From Mytilus edulis (Eukaryota), in assembly GCF_963676685.1 (NCBI RefSeq), contig NC_092345.1, forward strand, positions 22,072,001 to 22,136,000: DNA of 64,000 nt. The letters run 5' to 3'. This document shows positions 1 through 10,800 of this stretch, piece by piece. How positions within the stretch are numbered: position 1 is the first letter of the stretch; every line of letters begins with the position of its first letter. The notes under the pieces are model-generated. The model was not told the DNA's origin. It saw nothing but the letters and a program-made list of their open reading frames with translations, and ran no database searches. The translations under genes and the position numbers were made by a program.

Positions 1-380
1 AGTTTCGTATTTTTAAGGTGTTTAACCCATTTGATTTGGCCTTCTAGCTGTTGAGATTCGAGTGGCACTAATGAGTCTTATTAAAACAAATCACGCTTAT
101 TGCATTCTGAATTATAAATCTTGTATTTTTGATGATTTTATTTTACTGCTGGAGATCGCTGGATCTCACAAGCATGGTACTGAGACCTCTTCTGTGTATA
201 AATGCGGGCCACCAAAATATAGCCAACGTTGCTAAAATGTGCAATAAACAACAGAAACGTACACACAAAGCGTTTTATCGTATCAAAAGACAAGTAAAAG
301 TCCAGATATGAAACGGACAAAGTTGTGTGAATGTCCTCTCATCCGAAATATGATTTAATCTTAAACTAACGGTTACTTAC

Positions 381-3300
381 TATGATTTCTGTGGTCTCCA
401 TCTTTGGGGCTTATACAAACTTGACAATTTCCGCTACCACCAGAACTTTTCAGAGCGTCTACCATGTTAATGTACAGTGTATGTTCAGTCGAGCTATTTA
501 TGAACACGACTCCTGGGGTTTCAGAGGAAACTGTAGTGATTTGTTCGTAAAACGACTGACTTGGATACGGGTTGGTGAAGGCTGTGTATATATTGGCTAG
601 TCCACATGTGACGTTGGACTGTAATGTAACAAAATATTAACCAAGTCTAACCTTTCTACAAATCGACTGAGTGCTTCGCAGTATCATTAATTACGTCAGA
701 ATGAAGAAATAATTGTTGCATCAGGTCTTGAATATTGTTTATTTTAAATCTATCTTACTTATCCTGTCAGGTGTATGTTCCCAATTATATCATTCTAGCC
801 AAGCGTATTTCAGCTATATAATAAAGCAGCCAGTCAGAACATATTTGTTAAGTAATACAATTTCAATATGGCATGAATATAGAAACAAACTTCTAGCTGC
901 GAATCGAGATGAGAAGCAAACAGATACATAAATAACACGTTAATTACTGAAACTATAGTAGAGCTCTAACGTTTAGTTTGAAAACGGTGAACATGCGTTT
1001 GCTTGAAATAAAGTAGCGATTAGAAGCATGTAACAGAGAAATGTTTTCTCATTCCCACTAAGTAAATTTTAATTATTACTGTAGCTAGAATCACTGCCCG
1101 CTTTAATTTCTCTTTCGAACAGTTTCACCATTAGTTATCTATAAAATACCATACGAGTCTTGTCCGTTGTTGAATGCCGCACGGTAGTTAATTAATTACT
1201 GGTTATATAGCCTCTTTGACGGTTCTTTCCTCTGATTGACTTTTAATACTTGTTGCTTGTGTAATGGTTAAGAGACGAGTCATGTTTATCACTGTAATAG
1301 CTACATTCGTTGTGTTTCATTTTAACTGTTGAACTTCAGGATGCAAAAGCTGTACTAGTGTTGACAACGTATGCATTAGTACTCCCAAAACAAAACGTTT
1401 TCATTCATTTTCAAGCATTAATGTGTCTCACCTCTAGTGTAACTCCGCCTATTTTGGTATGGTAAGCTAATGTAGGACATTCACCTATTGTACAGCAGAA
1501 TGTGTTGTCTATATAAACTGGTGCTGTAAGAATAAGGTAAGAAGCAAATTTCGATTAGTATATGCAAAACACATGAAAAAGCAATTATAAAGAATAAAAA
1601 CACCATAAGGTAAAAACACGTTCTTTGATAATATGCTCATAATAGAGAGGCATAAGGCATATTCAATCTCAAAAGTTGAAAACAAACCGGCAATGTCATT
1701 GCAAAAAAAACTACAAAGACAAACAGCAGTCTATAAATGTTATCCATTCGTTTGATGTGTCAGTAGAGCTTTTGATTTTGATTTTGCCATTTGATTAGGG
1801 ATTTTCCTTTTTGAATTTTCCTTGGAGTTCAGTATTTTTATGATTTTTACACAACCAAAAAACAAAAAAATTAGCAACACGAAGAATTTGCTTTAGTATA
1901 GTACCATTTACAGAATTAATGTGTGAGTAACCATCTTTGTGTATTGTACGACATATTTCAACGGATGGACATCCAGCTTGTGTACTTGTGGTACTACAAC
2001 AGCTAACATAGGAACCGCACAATTTCCTCAATATTCTTACCTCGGCAAGTACTCTTTTGGATTTCTTCTTTAATGGCCTTTATCTCTGAGTAGCTGGACA
2101 CGCTAAACACGTGAGTACAGTCAGGGTTTGATGCAATAGCGTTAAGTGTTTGTTTCTGAATGTGGCTACCTACGCCTATTGAGAATACAGTTATTCCTGC
2201 ACGATGTGCTCTGTCAGCAGCATGTCTGAGGATAAAATTGGAAACTTATTACAGAATATAAGTACTGATCAAAGTAATGCGTCTAATAAAGTTTTACAAC
2301 AAATTTTCAGATAGAACATATCATGGTGTTTGAAATAATGTACATAGTAAATGATTGATATGTGATTATTTAACGTTTTCAACTCCCCGAGCGTCCCTGA
2401 TTGTATATAGTTTTGATATATCTTAAATTTTGTCATCTGGGACTAAGTTTGAAGGTGGTCATTGGTACTTCCTTATTTATTTGTTCACAACTTTTCTATA
2501 CTTTAGAGTAGACGATAAAGATATTGACACGTGTGCATGCAGAAACTGACCACTCGTTGAAGACCGTAAATTGACATCTGTATGCCTTTTTGTTGGTCCT
2601 TGGATTGCTGATTTTTGCCCTATATACCATATAAGTATAGACTTTTCTTCGTTTATATTGTAACTTAAAGCTGAAAAAATACTTTAAAATTTCGTAAATA
2701 AATCAGGCTAGGCTTCAATTAACTTCATCAGATTGTCGAACTTATTTCCCTGAGACGTAGCAAAAGGGAAAAATAAAGAAAAATAATACCGGTATGCCAG
2801 TTGAAATGTTCATAAACCTGTCGGTAATTTACTACTATTACAATATCTTCGTCCTTGTTCGTTTAAGAAATTTCATATTGTTCTTGGTGAAACGTTGAAG
2901 AGGGGCGAACGATACCAAAGGGACATTCAAGCTCATAGATCGAAAATAAACTGAAAACGCCATGGCCAAAAAAGAAAAGAACACACAGAAAAATGATAGT
3001 ACACAAGACACAACATAGAGAACTAAAGGCTAAGCAACACGAAATGAAGCTTACCCAGTATCTATTTCATCATTTGCATCACCGTCCGTTATGACAACCA
3101 TTACTTTAACTGCATTATTTCTGCTGCCGTGACTTGGTGTAAAAATGTTAGTTGTAGCCAGGTCTATCGCTTCACTGGTAGCAGTTGAACCACCAATGAA
3201 CGGTATTGCTGATATGGCGTTTTCCAAGTCGACTTTATTAGTATATCTATTGAGATAAAACTCAGATTTAGCATGGCTTGCATAAGACACCACAGCTACC

Positions 3301-5398
3301 CTGGTCTTATTTGGTGATATGTCAAAAGAACTAACAACGTTTCTTACAAAGATTTTCGCACGTGCAAAGTCGTCAGTTGATAGGCTGTTAGAACGATCAA
3401 TAATAAAAGCCAAATCCAGTTTTTCATTACCATGACACCCTGAAATAAAGAAGAACCATTAATCATTACTAGCAGACATAACCATGGTTCGATATAAAGT
3501 ATGTTCATGGTAAATTCATGGTAGAAACATGTTTTCGATTACAAATAGAGTCAACACAAACATCTAAAAGCAGAAATCAAAGAAATTGAATAATTTCTTG
3601 TACACAACAGAGACTCACATTTTTTTAAATCTTTACTATACCTATATAAAAAATCTGCACCTAAACGTTAAATTACACTTATTCAAAACTATCTAACTAA
3701 TTTGATTACAAATAAGAAAATTGTCTGTTAAGCATGACCTCAGATTTTCGAAAACTAATTTGGTACTTTGTAAATTCAGAATTAGGAAATATACAACACA
3801 GCAATAAAACGGGCCAGATATAAGAAGATATCAAGCATGTCAAGAGAGAAAAGACTTTGTAGTATTTGTAATGCAATCGAAGATGAATCTCATATCCTTC
3901 GCTTTTAAATTATCAACTAAACGAAAACCTAAGATTTATGTATTTTAAACAAAACAGAATCACACTAAATATATGTTGCAATAGAAGAAAAAGTAATCCT
4001 AATCACAAGACACAATGAAAAACATTACGTAAAGTTTCCTTTTTAAAACGTTTCTAGCACTCGGAGTACAGGAAGCATTTTAAGTTTCATTTGTACCAAA
4101 TGTGTTCAAATCTCTAAATGGATAACGAAATTTAATAAAGATAACAAACAAAAAAACTAAGGGAATTGCTTCAACTCTAAAATAGAGCAAGACTAGTGGC
4201 AGCAACATGCATGGTAACCGTCTCCTGCTAAAGACCAGTTTAACTGAATATACACATACGAAACATTTAACGAATTGTTTGGTTCCCACAAATATATTCA
4301 TATATTTAAGATTTCGGAAATTACAATCTGATTTATTAGACCAAACCATTTTCTGCATGACAATGAATCGTAACACAAATTTGATTCCACAAAACTAGTT
4401 TTACTACGCGGAAATCACAAGAAAGCAGAGTAGCAACGCCCCATAACCCTCAGCTTTAACCATATCGGACTTTTTATACCTTGATCGAGAATGCTGGCTT
4501 CATTTGTGAAATTGTTTCCAGCTTTATTTACGAAGTGAAGTTCGTAAAAATGAGCTTGATCTTCTACTCGCCATTCAGTTCCGCCATGAAGTATTGTGTA
4601 AAGAGCAGCTGATATTCCAGAATGTAATGGCTTCCGCAGATCAGACCATGTGACTGTACTCCAATCTATCCCGAATTGAGTCCTTATAATGTTGTATTCA
4701 TTTGTTAGTCGACCTGCATTACTGTGGGTTTCGTCAAACATGTTCTTATCAACCTTTCAATGAAAATATACGTAAACATTATCTATGAAGTGAGTGGTCG
4801 TGAATGTTTATATTTCTTACACACGACAGGCATAACGCAACAACATAAACATTCATATTTTGGCGCCAGTACATTATCACTCTAGCATGTCTATGCTACA
4901 ATCATTGCTATAACATTATGAATGCCGGCTAATAAAATTGGAACCAAAAACAGTAGATTGTTTTCATTGACAATTGCTCAAGATTTTAAAGATAAATTTA
5001 CGAATTACCTTGATCGAAACATGTTCTTAATTTTTTGAAATTATTTCCAAGACACGTATTTGAAAACTGAATAGTACTATTCTGTTATATATTATTCTAC
5101 TTCATAAAGCTGTGGCATAAAAATTTGTTTTGCATACTTTAGATTTACATACTTGCCAAATTCCTCCATGATATCCATCCCGAAATGTCTTAGCATCATA
5201 ACCATTATGTGACTGAACATATGCTAACCTGACAAGGAATCGTTTGTCGTCAGCAAATAAGCAAGACTCCCTTATAAGATTAACAACCGCATCCACTACT
5301 TCTGATCCAATGGCACCGGGCTGACGGGTTTGGTCGGCACCATAACAGACGACAACAAAAAGCGCGAGAATACAGCAGGCGTTCAAAGACGCAGACAT
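381..5398 (-). CDS. Secreted protein: signal peptide + uncharacterised lysozyme/SLT-like domain + von Willebrand factor A domain + Cys-containing C-terminal region (3'-partial; at least 473 aa)
   Basis: Six exons with GT/AG ends and consistent phase: 5398-5153, 4753-4480, 3439-3055, 2225-2041, 1523-1432, 618-381. Signal peptide MSASLNACCILALFVVVCYG. vWA domain: KLDLAFIIDRSNS (DxSxS MIDAS), TRVAVVSY, GGSTAT, VMVVITDG, GITVFSIGVG, LNAIASNP. The last exon ends in a phase-1 donor (A|GTAAGT), so the gene continues toward or beyond the window start. Confidence 0.88.
2898..3043 (+). repeat. Dispersed repeat (representative copy; related copies near 1650-1730, 9275-9450, 27247-27305, 54728-54790)
   Basis: Shared motif GATACCAAAGGGACATTCAA(A/G)CTCATA..TCGAAAATAAACTGACAAC...CACAACATAGAAAACTAA recurs across the window; class not determined. 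Confidence 0.6.
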
Positions 5399-6789
5399 AT
5401 TTCTCTTAACTGATTATTCGAAAGTCTATAGATCTTGGCGTAAGAAAAGGTTATCAGGGTTTAAGCGTATGTGCAAGTACAATAAAATCTTATCGAACAT
5501 TAAATTGAAGATTAGAACAAGGAAGAGAGTCGAAATATGATAGGCTATCGTCACAGAAAATCCTTTAGGAAAATCCACTATTTTTTCAGCCTGTTGAAGT
5601 ATTGAAACTACAAACTACTTAAATTAATTATTTCTTCAGCATAAACGGCCAACCCGTGGTAAAATCACGATAAATTTAAGCCCCTCTTAATTATTTTTAA
5701 GTATAAAGAGCTAAATCCGTGTTAAAATCAAGATAAATTCAAACCCTTATGAATTATTTATAACCAATCTAACGAAACACCGCGTTTTTTGTTTTGGGTT
5801 TTCTTGCAGCGACGTTGCAGATTTCTTCCATGCACGTACACATGTATTTGTTTATGTCAAAAATACAGAACCGTCAAAACTTCAATCATATTTTAGAACT
5901 ATTATACGGAAAATTCATTTATAAGAAAAGACAAATATTGGTTTGAGTCTAGACTATATCTTGTGGTTGGTTGGTATTCATGTCCAATATAATTGCGATT
6001 TGTTGCCGATAGCTAACCAAATAAAATGAGCCTAATGAGGCCGCCATGCATTATTTAAGGCATCTAACAAAAAGTACACTTTTAATGTTTTGTCAACTCT
6101 TCGATGTATTTCTGAACATTTAGTCAAATTATAGATACTTAAAGATTTCATCTTTTTTTAAAAAAAAATGATAGACTAGTTTTGGCATTATTTTTTTTAT
6201 CATCCAAAAATAGAGGGGAAAATGATATTCAAAACCAAGAGTTTATTGGAAATATTTCAATATACTCTCGATCTTCAGTTACAAAATAATTCTTTAGTTA
6301 AAGTTGCAGTTTTATCACCATCATTTATATTGTTTCCATATATCTTATCACAATTTTGACTAAAGATAATACTTAGAAATAAATCCAGTACAATTCAGAA
6401 CACAGGCGCTAATTGGGTATTAAATCCTCCATTTTCTTAATATTTTGGTGCGTTGGTACTGGGACTATTATACTAACAGTCCCAGGTTTGTAATATTCTA
6501 TTGCATTCTATTGGATTATTTTCACTAATAAAGTGTTCTGCTCTTGCCATACGATGCAAAGTAAACTTTGACCCTACGTATGATTATTTTAAATAACCAT
6601 GAGACTCACTTAATGTGTTATAAAGTCTCAGATATATTATAGAATATTTACACATAGACGGAACAAAAAAGTATAAAAAGATATTAATCCATTGATTCCC
6701 AGCACTACTATTTTATTTATATAGTAGAATTTAACACAAAATATATACTTGATTAGACAGAGACATACAATTCAATTCTATATTGTTTT

Positions 6790-7500
6790 ATAGACAAGAC
6801 AATAGACAATATTTTATTGGCACAAACGCATTTACAATAAATGGTAATGACCGAATAGATAAACAATTTGCTATACATGGTAGTAAAATACAAACAATTA
6901 TATATATATATGTGAATAAACGATTAAAGGTATAATGAAAATCTATTACAATAGATTACTTCTTGCATTTAAACAATTTGTTACGAAAGAGGAAGATAAT
7001 TTTAGTGCCGTATAAGTTGTATTATTAAGTATAAGATTTATTTTATTTTTATCGCACAATGTGGATATACTTTTTCCTGTAATTTTGAACATTTTTAATA
7101 CAAAAGTCTCTCTAATACTGGAGTAACCTCTGCAGTGTAGTAGCATGTGCTGTTCATTTTCAACTTCGCCACTTTTACAGATTTCACAAATTCTTTGATC
7201 TCTGGGCACTTTTAAATATCTTCCTCTTTCAATGGCAAGGTTATGAGCACTAACTCTTAATTTACATAATGATGATCGATCTGATCTAGTTTTTAAAGCA
7301 TCAACATAACCTGCCCGTTCACTCATTTTGTAAACACTTTGGAAAAATGTTAATTTTGGATAAGCTGAAATATTTGCATGTTGTTCCTGAAAACCCTGGT
7401 CAATTAGTCTTTGTTTTATAAAACCAAACAGGGGTTTAATAGTAAGGTTATCATTTGACAAGTAAAATAAACCTAAGTTTTGAATAATAATATTTATATG
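6790..7500 (-). mobile_element. 5'-truncated non-LTR retrotransposon (LINE) 3' fragment encoding the C-terminal zinc-binding region of ORF2
   Basis: ORF 7461-6946 contains LCKLRVSAHNLAIERGRY...RICEICKSGEVENEQHMLLHCRGY, a CCHC-type motif typical downstream of LINE reverse transcriptase. On the minus strand it is followed by AATAAA and a short (ATTGTCT)n-like tail near 6793-6818. Confidence 0.85.
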
Positions 7501-7507
7501 CCTTTGT

Positions 7508-7554
7508 CAGAGACATATATACACATATCATATATATATGTATATATGTCTCTG
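7508..7554. mobile_element. 47-bp palindromic micro-MITE with 7-bp TSD
   Basis: CCTTTGT | CAGAGACATATA...TATATGTCTCTG | CCTTTGT (TSDs at 7501-7507 and 7555-7561). Confidence 0.8.
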
Positions 7555-7887
7555 CCTTTGTTTAGATGTTTACGTCATGACATGGTAAGAGTTGGTCACA
7601 TGCTGAATATCATCAGAGACATATATAATACTGTCACGGAATGACACCTAACGGAATAAATGGTATAGAATAGACAATTGAACCCATACGGAATTGTTGC
7701 TTTTCCTTCCCGATAATATAGGACTTTTATTTTAACTGAACTGGTACTTTTCCGATATCGTTGAAGAAAGGGAAATATATTGAATGGTTTTGAAACCAGG
7801 CTGTCAAAAAAAGAAGAAAAATATTTGTTCACTTGTAAAATCTAAAGATTACTCTGTCATTACACCATAGATTAGAACAGATTCAGA

Positions 7888-10800
7888 ATGTCATGTCCTG
7901 TAACAATAGAACTTAGGTGAATGCATGATGGTTTTAACTAGAGACATTATACTTATATTAGTCATGAATATATCTAGCCCTTCTGTTTAGAATATATATT
8001 TTCACTTTTTTTCATAAGTAACATTGTGCCTATGCTTTAGTCCAAACAGGGACAGTCTATACTGAAGTCCCCGGTCCAAAATTATGATTATTACATCTTT
8101 TAAGGCTATTTTTATTTTTGCCTTGACATCTGTGAGGAGGGGGAACAGGACCTATTTTTTGGGACGTCAGGATTGGTTGTTTATAACCCTCTTGCTGCCG
8201 GAGGGACACATATGTCCACGGTTAAATTTATGCAAGCTTCACTTCATTGCTGTATCTCTTCAATTAAAAGACCAAAGATTAAAAAGTGCAATGTTTTTCT
8301 CCAATGGGTCCCAAATGTAACAGTCATTATGTCGTGACGTCATATATCGAACTACATCATTGTTTGGCATGTTACATCACTAGCGTCGAGCTGTGGTATT
8401 TTCTGGCACATGAAATGCAACCTTGAAAAACGGTCGGCAGCAAGAGGGTTAAGCTGGGGATTTCGGGATGGATCCTTTTGGGATCCCACAATTCTTTTTT
8501 CGAATGTAGGGATTTAAGCCTGGGATTTCATGATCAGGACCCTCTGATATCTATTTGGGGAATGTCATCTATTGTCCATGTCAATCAATACAGCTCACTT
8601 CAATTAAGTGAAGTTCTCAAACCTCTTTCCCAACTTAGTTTATTTTGGCACCTTCTGGAGGAGTGAAAAAAGTGCACTGCAAAATCCTGTTAATTTTTTA
8701 TTTTTCTAAAACAATAAACAAATTTTAAATTTATTTATCTAGGGCATACTATGCCTTAAAAATTCATCAGATGCTCAGGTTCATCTGTACTCAGAGTAAA
8801 TTTTGAGGTGAAAATGCAGCCAAAGGGTTCACATGAACCTTAAACAGGTTGGAAACAACCCCCAAATTATATACGGGATATCCCTCAATTGTTTAAATAA
8901 GACAGTGTCCCTCAGACAAGGTGTCATTTTGCTGTATTAGAAAAGAAAAAGAAAAACTAGGCTTTTTTTTTACTTAAAAAGGGGAAAGTTCATTACATTT
9001 TTACAACTTTTCTAGAAGAGGCCATGGGTTCCCATTATTTTGAATAATAAAGAAGATTTGAAGCCTGTGAATATTGCAAATGTTTTGATAATTAAATACC
9101 AGACATTTGCCAGATAGATGTATAGTTCTTGGGGGAAAGTTTCTGCAAATAATATAAATATGTGCCCTTTTATACTAAGAAGTTTTTTTTACAACAAAAA
9201 CAAACACTTGAAAATAACCCCTGATATTAAAGGGATAGTCATCATATTGAGTGGTATGCTCCCAACCTGGTAAAAGAGAGGCCAAAGTTACCAAAGGGAC
9301 ATTCAAACTCTTTAAGTCGAAAATAAACTGACAACAGATTCTGGCCAAAATTGAAAAAGACCAACAGACAAACAACAGTACTTCACAAAACACAACATAG
9401 AAAACTTAAGGCAGTAACACAACTTAACCCCACCAAAAACTTGGGTTATCTGAAAATTTTGCATTTGTGCAAAGTATATTTTTTGTAACTTATTTGAGCG
9501 TATTAAAGTATTTCTTCGTTTAGCTCTTGAAAAAAACTTTGATTAAAAAAATGTTAATATGAAACCAGAAGCAACACTGTATACCGGTAGGAATATTTTG
9601 ACCTCTCATATCTTGAAAATTTACAAGATTGTAAATGTAAAAAGTTAACTTTTGGAGAAGATGAAAGGGAGATAATTCAAACCTTAATAAGAAAATCTAA
9701 ATTTTCCAAATTTACTTATAAATACAAGTAAATATTACATGACTTGAAGTATTACCGCTGGCTGAGAAGAGAAATCAAAATATGTCCAAAAAATACATAC
9801 ATGTAGCTAGTTATTTCCTACCACAACCATTTCAAATCAGTATCATTTCCTTCCATTAATTTTGAGACCCCTATACAGATGACATTTTAATCTTAAGTCT
9901 AATATTTAATTGATCTTTTGCAACAACAAATGCTTTAAATAGAATATTTATACTTTTAATAAAAAAAATTAATGAACATGTAATTGTTTAGATGTGTGGA
10001 TGTACATGTCAGATTAATAACGGCTGGATTACAACTCTGATGATCCTTTGATTAATAAGAGTAACTGTCCTTTATAATTTTGACAGGACAAAAGGCTTTT
10101 TATATTTAAAAAACTAATTTCATTTCTACATGTGTATTTTCAGTGGAGGAGCAGAACTTTTGTTTGATAACAAGAAGAAACTTGAAGTTGTATTACCTGA
10201 AAATTCAAATCCATGTAAGTTTTATGTTTGTTAATAGATAGAAAGGGTCAATATTGACATGAATACAAGTTTTTCTTGACATTTAGGAACAACAAATGGA
10301 ATTATTTGATACTTGGTTAAAAAACCTAACTGTATATATAGTCTTCCAAAAAATACCAAACATAACAAAATATGAAACATTTAAAAAAGACAATCTGATA
10401 TATCATTAAACAATTGAATAAAACAAACATGAAAGACAGTAAAAAGGCAATCTGATATATGATAAAACAATTGAATAAAACAAACATGAAAGACAGTAAA
10501 AAGACAATCTGATATATGATAAAACAATTGAATAAAACAAACATGAAAGACAGTAAAAAGACAATCTGATATATGATAAAACAATTGAATAAAACAAACA
10601 TGAAAGACAGTAAAAAGACAATCTTATATATCATAAAACAATTGAATAAAACAAACATGAAAGACAGTAAAAAGACAATCTGATATATGATAAAACAATT
10701 GAATAAAATACAAACATGAAAGACAGTAAAAGGACAATCTGATATATGATAAAATAATTGAATAAAAAAAACATGAAAGACAGTAAAAAGGCAATCTGAT

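Noticed and set aside
143-231. Possible terminal exon of the vWA gene (TTTTAG|CAACG... giving TTLAIFWWPAF...LQQ*)
   Set aside because: The phase fits, but there is no recognisable homology and the acceptor is weak; the real continuation may lie outside the window.
7561-7590. Possible URM1 upstream exon (ATGACATG|GTAAGA)
   Set aside because: A plausible donor, but the downstream acceptor is ambiguous and the CDS is complete from 7888; needs transcript data.
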